DNA from: Azolla caroliniana
Lineage: Eukaryota > Plantae > Polypodiophyta
DNA: 64,000 bases
NCBI GenBank assembly: GCA_043228905.1
Contig: JBHGNT010000001.1
Location: 32,674,001 to 32,738,000, forward strand
Direction of reading: 5' to 3'
The position numbers and the translations under genes were made by a program. The stretch's first letter is position 1. Each line of letters starts with the position of its first letter. The notes under the pieces were generated by a model. That model was not told the origin of the DNA. It worked only from the letters and a program-made list of their open reading frames with translations, and did no database searches. Positions 1-10,858 of this stretch are shown in pieces.

Positions 1-856
1 GAGTTTGTGGACAAAGAGATGCCAAAGGTCATCGCAATTTTGCAGGATATGAGTGTTGTTGCTCTTTCCAGGGTAACAAACTCCTCTAAGGCATGTTTTA
101 CTATGTTTTGCGCTTTGGGGTACATATATGGGTGGGATAAGATTTTTTGCAAGGGTCCAAATCCTTCTCTAAAGAGGTTGTGATACTTTCCTCTGATTTC
201 ATAGAATACAGGGTATCAACATGTATGATGTTTCTCTGTTTCAACATTGAGAAAGCATCGCTGTCAGAGGTGGTTGTTTCGTTCCAGTCCTCAACAGTTT
301 CCTCAACATTCTCCATTAGAGAAGGTGAGTGAATAAATAGATGCAAAAAAATGCAGTTGTATACGCAAAGATATTATCTACTCTTTAAGGCGGTATTCAT
401 GGTAGGCAGGATCTTAAGATAAACTGTTCTCTTTGGTGCAATTACTGTTGCAGATCAAAATCCAAGACCTATTCATAAAACAAAATAAAACCAAAAACAA
501 CAAAAAGGAACTCCTGACACCCTATCTCTCAAGAACAAGGTTTTATACAACGCTATATAAACCAAAATTTGTTGGGAAAAATAGTTCCACATTTTTTACT
601 GATCTCTAAAATAATCCTTCTAACCTAAAGATTATTTGAGATTTGTCTATGGGTTAAAACATCAGATTACCTGTCGCAAGCAGATTTTTTCAAAGCTGCA
701 CCAATAACATAAGAAAATCATACAAACTTGTTCCCTTTCTTCACTAACCACAGAGCATGAATGGAGCTTTCTTCGCTTAACTGCTCCTTATCTTCAGATG
801 CTCTATATTTGCATTCAAGGACTTTATATAAACCTTACACAGCTCCAAAGGAGATG

Positions 857-1112
857 TTCACGATTATATTCAGCCCTCCATTCTCTTCTTAATTTATCTA
901 GGACGCATTCATTGATAAGAGGTTCCTATATTCTAGTAATGACGAGTCATGATTGATCTTTCATGATGACATTTAGGCAAGTGTGCTATTTCATGATTAT
1001 ATTCAGCCTTCCATTCTCATCTTAATTTATCTGGGACGTATTCCTTGAAAAGAGGTGCCTGTATTCTAGTAATGATGAGTCATGTTTGATCTTTCTTGAT
1101 TGATACTTAGGC
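857..1112. repeat. Tandem duplication, about 133-bp unit x2, in a PP2C intron
   Basis: TTCAYGATTATATTCAGCC...TATTCTAGTAATGAYGAGTCATG...TTAGGC occurs at about 857 and about 990 with scattered substitutions. Confidence 0.85.
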
Positions 1113-1257
1113 TTACTGAGTTAAGTCTGCCTACTAGAAACATATATAATGGTACACACCATAATAGTTCTTGGATCTGATAGTAATTGTAACATTTTCA
1201 TCTTCAAGGAAATAAAGCAATAACTATAGTTCAAGCAACAACCGAGCAATTGTGTAC

Positions 1258-2992
1258 CTGTTCAAAGATCCAATTATCATCAACCACATGGTTTGTGTTT
1301 GTGGCCTTGCTTTCAGAGATTTTGGGAGACACAATACCACCAAAGAATTCGCTTATTTTAGAAGTTCTATTTTTGGGTACAATGTGCAATTCCCTCCAGC
1401 CTCGGTGTCCACGCATCATCTCATCCATCCTATAAACATTAGCAAGCAAGAACCGAATGTACTCTCTCTATAATCACAAAAAGAATGATTAAACCCCAAT
1501 GCAATTAGGTGAAAAGAGAAGGAAAATTCAGAATATTGCGCAACAAGTATGACAGATGCTTGTGATTTTCTATCACATAGAATCACCTCAAAAAAGCACT
1601 ATGAATACTTTTTGATATGTCTTCTCTCCTATATTCTTCACTTCGCAAGAGTTGATCATGAAGATGCTTAGCACAAAACCTCGATACAGCTTTCCCTGAA
1701 CACAATTACATATATAAATATAACTGGACACTTTTGGTGAAAGTGATCCTAAAATATCTTTAAGTTGAGAACATCAATCAGGGAAGTACACATAGACATC
1801 TGCTGCATATTCTCATGTTAAACTCTAAAGCTTAAGATGCCAAATGAACAACATCTGGAGGATCGCATCGATGATCTATAAGTTCTTGTTCTGAACCACG
1901 TTTATAGAATAAAAAAACTGGAGAAGTGACACACTTTTCTTTGGTTCGTAACTTTTCCATAAGAAATATTCCTATTCGAGCAAAGCTGAATTTTTGTCTT
2001 CGTGATGAATAGGCACTTTGGCATGGAAGAAAATAGACAAAAAACTTTGGGTTATGGAGTTCACATTTTCGAGCTGATATTACAGGACAGGGATATAATA
2101 TTTTGAACTATTGTATGAAATTTCAAAATTGATGTCTGTGTGTTTATAAATTATTACTCCAATAAACAAACATGTATTTATAACTTATTAGGCAAATGAG
2201 CTGATGTAACATTCTTCTGCAGAATCTTAACTTCTGTTTGATTACAATAGAATATTGACTAAGCTCACCTCCATGACCATCATAAACGCCAAAGAAAGAT
2301 GTTTCTTTATCAAGATCTAAAATAGCAGTATGCTGCAGCAAATACAACCATGTAAACGGTATACATTAGTCCTTTACTAAAATATTTCCACTAAATGAGA
2401 TCTTAATATAAGATGAAGTGAACAAGTACTACTTTCAAGGATATCAGAATCCATACATCATATAAAATCAAGGGGGCAATAGGAGCTATTTATCCACAAT
2501 GAATTGGCAAAGTTTCCAAAAAATACTTGAAAGGTAACCATTTGGCACGGGTACAAGGTTTTCAAAATATTCCCACAATTTTCTATATTTTGCTATTTTA
2601 AAGCTTCAATTGAATTTCGTAAAATCAATATATAATGCTAAATAAACTCAGTCGTTTGAGTAAAGCAATTTCCTATCAATTGCTATTCAACCCTGCATGT
2701 AGCAACATTGCTCTGACCAAATACAAAAAAAAATATAAACTGCAGACCCATTTGCATAAATCAATTACTATTCAACTCTATATGCAGCAGCAATTCCCTG
2801 ACCAAATACAAAAAGCTTATAACTTACAGATAGACAAAAAAGGTGATGAGATGGAATAAAATTAGAAAAACTTACTGCATCTTCCATGGTGTTTCGCCAG
2901 CCTTGCATTGCAGAGACACCATATTTCAGCTGCTCATTATGTCCATCTTCTGATAACTTTTCAGTCTTTGGAGTGCTGAGATAACTGCCCAT
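1258..2992 (-). CDS. Protein phosphatase 2C (PPM family, [10 protein letters not shown]-type), 5' part; exons 2992-2876, 2332-2269, 1695-1587, 1429-1258; remaining exons not found and probably lie beyond the window start
   Basis: The spliced translation reads [85 protein letters not shown]... It contains the MQGWRxxMED and DGHGG PP2C motifs. All introns are GT-AG and phase-consistent. Confidence 0.93.
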
Positions 2993-3661
2993 GATCTACT
3001 GCTTTCGGTAGTTCATGTGTCAAAATAAACTAGCTCTTGAGATTTAACACTTCAATGAAGCACCAAGATTGTAAACCCATTCTCTTGAAGTATTTGACTA
3101 AATGATTCAAATCACAAAACCAAGTCCCCAAACTTTCTATGACATGAAAAGGACATAGGGAAACATCATCCGAAGAGCTTAAGTGACAAAACCAATCCTA
3201 ATTCTAACAATAAAACCAAAACCAAACTGATCCCCTAAGTGATACAGCCACACACTCCTATTCAGCCAAGAAAACCTAATAAACCAGAAAGCAAACTTAC
3301 GCAGCTTGATCAAAAAGGACAAAACTTGATTGGTCATAAGATGAATTAGAGTTTAAGTGCATAGACAACGCAAAGAACGTCATTTTTGGCAAACAAAACC
3401 AGAAGAAATTAGAGTATACTGTGCATATTCAAGAAATCAACAAAGCAGAACATGCACAATATATTCAAGGGAGAAAAGGGAAATTAAGTACGCGAACATT
3501 AATTATCTGATGAATTAGAATCTGTAACGTAATGCATTGAAAAGAAGAAAGAGCCAAACCAAAGTGAATGTAACACACGGAAGTCGTGAGAGAATACTAT
3601 GCAGATGCCAGAAAGCAAGAAACAAAAGAGAGGCAGACCTTGAATATGCCTGTGTGAGGAA

Positions 3662-3849
3662 TCAGGAGGAAGTATCAGAGAAGCCAGTAACTGCAAAAGC
3701 AAAAAAAAACAAGTGTTCAGCTCTGCAGCCACCGATCCAACCAAGGTTGCTCTTCAGGAGGAAGTATCAGAGAAGCCAGTAACTGCAAAAGCAAAAAAAA
3801 GCAAGTGTTCAGCTCTGCAACCACCGATCCAACCAAGGTTGCTCTTCAG
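3662..3849. repeat. Near-perfect tandem duplication, about 92-bp unit x2, in the PP2C 5' leader/promoter region
   Basis: TCAGGAGGAAGTATCAGAGAAGCCAGTAACTGC...CCAAGGTTGCTCTTCAG occurs at 3662 and 3754. Confidence 0.9.
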
Positions 3850-4637
3850 TCAAACCTCTTAGGTTAAAAGGGGAGGGATCCTGATAAAATCAATCATATA
3901 CATATACATGCATGCATATACTCTGCCGCTTCTATACATGATATATATATTCTGCAAATTCAATGCAATATAATATGTGCATGCACACATACATATACTC
4001 TGCAACTTCTATGCATGTTACATATACTCCGCAACTTCTATTCAATATAATATATGCATGGATACCTATATAGACATACATATACTCTGCAACCTCAGCC
4101 AACATAAACCCATCATCATCATCATCATCATAAATTAGGCCGAATAGAGTAGGATGCACTGAAACTAACGAGAGTCTTTTGCATCAACAAAGTCAAAAAA
4201 TCTTCAAGATCGTGCATATGTCCACCACCTCTACCACCACCCTTTGTCGGAACATAGTCATGAACTCAATGATTTTCACCATTAAATCCTTTAGCGCAAG
4301 CAAACGCCACACTAGCAAAGCTTTTTACCATTCCAATATCGTCTGTGTTTTTGCATCTCATTGTTGGGACAGTGCTCTAATTTTCGTTCACCATGTCGGT
4401 AAAAAGGTTCAACATACATATGATGATGATAACAATGGAAGGTTGTGTCAAACAAAAATATACATAGCAGTCTTGATTACCCAAGGCAACTAGAGATAAC
4501 TCTGCAGCTGCTGCGCATATGAGAGAGAAAGAGAATGTACTTCCACAGTTTCGACGAATTTAATGAGATCAATTTCGAGAATTTAGGATACATACTCGTG
4601 TTAAATTAGGGTGCCCTATATATGTACTTTCTTCTAG

Positions 4638-6378
4638 CAGGGCCTGAATTTGACGGGTTAGTCTTTAAGTTTTTTGACACGCATTTTTTAAAGATGTATC
4701 TCATATATCACATGAGAGTGCAAAAACTGATATGTCATTTCACGTACAAGTTTTAATAATGAAAAGCTCTATATGATACTTCATTATTATACATTTTATT
4801 ACTATCGAAAATAAACAAAGATACACAAATAAACATAACTACCTAACAAAGATAATGAAATCATACAAATTGCATACTTAATTATCATATATTTCTTAAA
4901 GCCCAAAAAATACAAAAAAAATGTTTGTCATACCATGACTCCTCATATTAAGCATTGTGCAATATGTGTCTACTTCAATGATACTATCCTTCTCTCTTTC
5001 TCTTCAAACCAAAAGTTAAATATATCCCTCCAACAAATGTTTGATGATGTCTCTTGAGCATTCAAGGATATAAACATCCGCACAATTCACAATGAGAATG
5101 ATTCCATTGTACTAACTAACATATACACAAACTTCGATATTTCAAATCCATGCGTAATTAAGCACTTGATGTTCGTTGTTGGTAATATATACAATGCCTT
5201 CTTCAATTTACATGCATAACCTAAGAATTTTGGATATTGCATATAAATTTCCCTGCATGCATGCTCATGTACATATTGTTCCCAACTACTCGACGTGCAT
5301 TAGTGGCATAAGCCTCTTCGCTAACCTCATATGGCCAAATGAGCATACCATCTACAAGATATTTGTTCTCTATCAAAGTTTTGTTAACTCATACAATACA
5401 ATATGTACTTGTATGATGTGTGATGTGTGACAATAAGATGTGCTTATTGTATTCGATGACTTATAGCATACAATACAATAAATACCAAAAATCTTATCAC
5501 TAATTTTAAGAATCAAAATATCCCCAATATTAAGATTCAATAGACCAAATTAACCTCCAATTTAGAAAGTGCATGAAAATTTTAAAATTTTAAAAATCTT
5601 CCTAGAGTATCCTAAAATTCCTCTAGCATCACTTGTGCATATTAATAGTTCATCCAATCAACAATCAAACATAATAACCTCATCACAACCATACTCCTTG
5701 ATATCTATGGGTTCAACCAATCAACAATCAGACCTATCTCACATCCTCCATGCTTTCTATGGCTTTCAATAAGTCCATAATGGACAAACATATGTAACTA
5801 ATCACTCTAATTGCTTAGTCCTTATCCTATTGTAGATTTTTGTGGGAATAAAAGAAAATGCATTCCACTTTGTCATACACGCTTCTCATGAGCAATCTTC
5901 AAAGAAAAAAGATTCAATAAAAGAGAAAAACAGAGAAAATAGAGAGAAAGAGAAAAAAAGAGACAAAATACATACTTCAAAGTGGTGTAGTGGCAAATAG
6001 CAGATGTCGTGCAATCACTGAGAAGCGACAGGGAACAATGAGTAGTGAGTGAGCCGGGAGCAATGGGTAACAACCAAGGAACATGGAGTAACAATGATGG
6101 AAAGCAACGAGCAGCGTGTGAAGAAGGAATAGGAATCGTGAAGAAGGAAGCAAGAAAAGAGAAAACAGGGGGGAAATTGGGAATGAAACATTGGAAGAAA
6201 TATAAAATATAAAAAATTTCATATACTATAGAAATAGCCGACTCATCCAGCTAGATTCTAGTTGGTCAGAAATCATGGCCGGAATCGATTCCGGCTATCC
6301 ATAATGGTTGCCACCGGCCGGCAAAAGTATTGATTCCCAATTCAACCTTTGCCCAACACTATAATATACATACATACA

Positions 6379-6411
<33 letters not shown>

Positions 6412-6503
6412 GACATGGAAATTAAAATTTTAGCATGTCATTTGACATGGGGTGTATGTTTTTGACGGGCAAAATGGCCTTAGATGGGCAAATTCCTGCC
6501 CTG
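4638..6503. mobile_element. Non-autonomous hAT-superfamily DNA transposon (about 1.87 kb)
   Basis: The left end CAGGGCCTGAATTTG matches the reverse complement of the right end, CAGGGCAGGAATTTG, at 13/15. The flanks are 8-bp TSD-like: TCTTCTAG (4630-4637) and TTTTCTAG (6504-6511). CAGGG termini with an 8-bp TSD are hAT hallmarks. No intact transposase ORF is present. Confidence 0.75.
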
Positions 6504-7390
6504 TTTTCTAGCCCTATATAAATTTCTTATGAGAAAATATTGATCTCACACGATTATAACTGGCTTTGCATTTTAAGTTTGATACATGTACATAGCATAT
6601 ACATACATATTTAGAGATTATTGTGATATGCCTGCAACCTAATGATACCTAAAATTTAAATCATTCATGAACATTTGCCAAAGAAAGAAAACAAAGAGTT
6701 AACACCTAAGTAGTTTGCTATGCTTTATAATTTAGAACGTGACTTTGCATTGGTTAGGAGAACTATATTAACTACCAACCTTAATTAGAATCGAAATTAT
6801 TCGGGCATAATTATGTGTTTGAAAAGGAACATGGGAAACAACCTTCCACCCTCCTCAAGGGAGAACTAGATGCTTACGTGGATGGACCCTCATGTTGCGC
6901 GCTCTTCTTGATCCTAGATAATATAAGTTATAACCCTGACCTCCAAACATGGGACAGGGTAAGAGATTGGGTATAGGAGGAGCAAGTGCGCTTGGTTCAT
7001 TTTCGGATCGAATGGTCGTGACATCAACCTCGGAGGTTTCCAATATGGGCGGACAAATGAGGAAAGATGCATGTGGACATCGGGCGTTCACACATGATGA
7101 TTTAGCGATGCCACATGAAACATAGGGAGCAATGAGAGGGATATGGGGAGACAGAGGTATCGGCCCGGCTCTCGGCCCGGTTCCTTGGAGAGTGAATACA
7201 TACACAGATAGCGAGTGCTTAACATTCACATTCATCACTAGTGAGTGAGAGCCCCATGAATGAATGACTTGAATGAAGAAAGGAAGAAGAAAATGACCCA
7301 CTATTTTTTTAGGCTCCTCAAGAGAGAGAAGAAGAGATTATTATTGAAAGAAGATACATATATGTAGTTTTAGAATGGCCAAATTGCTCC

Positions 7391-9752
7391 ATGGCTATGC
7401 TCAGTCCCCTGTTCTTCTTCTGCGTCCTGCTCTCCCTGCCCATCGCTCTCACAGACAGCACTGTATCAGCCTCCATCAATCTGCTCGGAGTCTCTCCTCA
7501 AGGTGATGACACCTTTTATTATTACCATTTTGCTACGATTGTCGTGCCCTGTTCCCTTCTCTCTCTCTCTCTCTCTCTCTCTCTGGCTGCTCTTATCTGT
7601 GCCGTTTCCTTTCTTTTTCTTTGATCTGCAGATGCTGATTACTATAGAAGTGGCTCTGTTATTTCATGTAAAGATGGGTTTGGGAGCTTCCACGTAGATC
7701 GTTTGAATGACGATTTCTGTGATTGCTTTGATGGAACAGATGAACCAGGTAACAAATGCAATCTTTGTAGAAACATTTCGATAATACTGCTGGAATATGT
7801 GCATGTATGTACCCTGTGTGTATGTGTTCATTGCATATGTGTATGTACTCATCCGTAGATGTATGTGTGTGATAAAACATGCCTTTCTGTGATTCTCTCA
7901 ATGATGAAATACAGATAAATTAGGTAGCATATTCTTTCCATCAGAGTAGACAATTTATGTTTATGTATATGTCTGTATGTGTGTACTGTTTACGGGAGAA
8001 ACAATATTGTCCCTTGAATCCCTAGCCTGTGGATCAGTAGATGCATGTAGCATCGTCTTTGCAGTAAATTTCGGTAGATAGTAGGCATTGCATCTTTCTG
8101 TATGTATGTGATTTGTGTATGTGGAAGCATGCACACAAAAAACACGACTGTTAACTGTCTTGATTGAGCAGATTAATCAATTAGCATCGTCTTTGCATAA
8201 CATTTGAATAGATAGTACATTAGACTCGCAATTCAACTGAGTGTTCATGTCTTAATGGCATACATGTAAATGAGTTACATAAGCATATGATTCAATTATT
8301 GAAGATTTGGTGAAGAAAAAATCTGCAAGTATTCATCTTTTTACGTTTGTGCATGTGTCAGAAGCATGCTGTATTGTTAAAAAGAGTATGTGAGTAGTGT
8401 GGGCTATAACACCTTAAGACTTTTGCTTCAGGAAACATACACTATCCAAATGTGGAGAAGCATTTAAGTAGATAATACATCGTCATGAATATGTACATGG
8501 CATATGAGAAGCCTGTGATCTATAACACTTATGATCCTTGTATCAGGAACATCAGCCTGCCCAAATGGGAGATTCCACTGCAAGAACCAAAATCACTCGC
8601 CATTGTGGATTTTTTCATCAAGAGTAAATGATGGGATTTGTGGTAAGTCTTGCATTTTGTGTATTGTCAAATGAAATACATTATTTTTGGAAAGCATCAT
8701 TATTAAAGGTATCATCTATTGAAGCTGCATGAAGACATCATTAAGATGGTGAAGTTGGGTATGAGATGGTAGCTTGAAAAAGAAAGAAGACATCATAAGA
8801 TCGTCAAATTTGGTAATGTCATCTTAGCATGGTGGTTGTAGTGATTTCAGGGTAAAATGTTTCATATCTGAGATATTTCACCCTCCTAGAGCCCTTGTTT
8901 CAACCTAGTCCTCTGACACATTTCATCCCTAGGATAAAGTTTAGTGAAATTTTATGATGATATATTTACATACACATAACTTTTTGTCATGTTTTACAAG
9001 CTTTGGTTGAAGGGCTAATAGAATATTCTAAAAGGCGAAATCTTTGGATGTCCCCCAATTTTGATAGGCAGTTACTTTCATGACTGTCTAGAGGCAGACA
9101 TCCTGCAACATATTTTGCTTATGAACTTCACAGAAAGACTAGATTGGTTCGTCATTAAATTACAGCATCATGGCGAAACATGCCAGCTGTAACAACCCTT
9201 TCAGTGGCCAGTCATTAAAATTTCAAGCTTCTTGGCATCATAAAACCATTGGGAAAATTCTAGAAATGTTTCCAAACCATAACTGTTTATGACTGATTAT
9301 AACAGATTGCTGTGATGGAAGTGATGAATATGAGAGGGAGATAAACTGTGTGCTTAGCTGTCCTAAGGATGATGATGATGATGATGATGGTGCCAGAAAT
9401 AAAGCTGTAAAAGAGATAGTACCGATACTATTGCAGAGTGATAAGCTCAAACTTGGTTCATGGAAACCAGAAAGGAGATCATTTAAGAATGCAGTTCATA
9501 AACTTAGAGGTCAGTTAACAAGGTCCATGATAAGATAATGTGTTTCTTTAACTACTTCAAAAGTACTTTAGTGTGTTTGTAAGTTTGTAAAAATTCAAGA
9601 TAAAGCCATTCAAATGCATTGGTTTGTGGATCCTTGCTACAGACTTGAAGATATTGATGGTTATGGAGATGGGTTTGGTTTTCTTGTTGCTGTATCAATT
9701 CTATGGATGGTCACGTCGTCGAGGTTCAAATTTGAGGAAGAGATTACCATGA
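7391..9752 (+). CDS. Glucosidase II beta subunit-like (PRKCSH-like) short protein with signal peptide and C-terminal TM; exons 7391-7502, 7632-7748, 8547-8642, 9306-9509, 9643-9752
   Basis: A hydrophobic N-terminus is followed by [66 protein letters not shown], the PRKCSH N-terminal Cys-rich motifs. It ends [33 protein letters not shown]. Confidence 0.9.
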
Positions 9753-10583
9753 TGACAATACAGTCTTATGGATGGTCATGTCATCAAGGTTCAAATTTGT
9801 CATTAATTAACAGAATAAAACTTAGAATATATGGAAACATCATACACTATAATCCATGGCAGAAGAACTGGCCAAATTAATGCCCATTTGACACATCTCT
9901 AATCAAGTGATCATGATAAAGCACAATTTCTCTCTTAAAATGTAGATACTTACTGAGTGAAGGGATTAATTAGAAATTTTGAGGAATGAAACATTGTTGG
10001 CTGGTTTCTTGGTTGTTAAGCATGTGATTGGGTGTAGGAGATGATTGACTTATTCAGTGTTGTATATGTTCCAATCGTCATTGTCAGTGAGGGGGGGTTG
10101 ATTTTAATACACCCAACTTTACCATTATTGACATTCATATGGACAAAGCAATATAGTTTTTGCTCCTAATGTAAGAAAATGCAAACATGTATTTGTTAAG
10201 CCATGTTTAGGCACAGTGATTGTACGCACCATTGTTTAAGCTTGTAACTGCATGAGCTGTGAAAATATATGAAGTCTGAAATGCTTGTTTATCAAGAAAT
10301 TATGAATTGCCGCAATCAAATGCACTATATCAGCTCCAAGGGAAAAAGTGGTATGAACTTTTTGATAGACTGGAAATTTCAAAGAGAACATATCCATAAT
10401 GATCTCACCATAAGCTTTTACTAAGGAAGCAAAACCGGAAATGACTAGCTAGAATTATTCAATTATAGGTGTTATAAATACACACCAGATATGATGAATC
10501 CAAAAATTTCAATCCAGCTAGAAATGAGAACTCAAACCTCCAAGTGTGAATTACATCTACAAAAATAATATTTCCCTCCCAAT

Positions 10584-10782
10584 AAATCATTTATGATGTG
10601 TTTTCTCCTTCAGACACCATTAATTAATACCTGAACTCCTTATGATGTGCCTTCTCATTCACGCACCATTAATTAATACCTGAAATCATTTATGGTGTGC
10701 CTTCTCCTTCACGCATCACTAATTAATACGTGAAATCATTTTCGATGTGCCTTCTCCTTCACACACCATTTATTAATACATG
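10584..10782. repeat. Minisatellite, about 50-bp unit x4, just downstream of the LMW-PTP-like stop codon
   Basis: The consensus AAATCATTTATGATGTGCCTTCTCCTTCACRCACCATTAATTAATACCTG repeats head-to-tail with no spacers. Confidence 0.9.
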
Positions 10783-10858
10783 AGGATACTCAAGGCTCTT
10801 TAAATCATATCCAAGGGGACATCTTTTATAGATTTAAGTGATTCAACCTCTGAGCCTC

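Noticed and set aside
857-1120. Intronic C/D-box snoRNA pair
   Set aside because: The ATGATGA and CTGA boxes are not consistently placed in both copies, and the best C box is antisense to the host gene. No rRNA guide was recognised.
10584-10782. CRISPR-like array
   Set aside because: Units are contiguous with no unique spacers, the context is eukaryotic, and there are no cas genes. It is a minisatellite.
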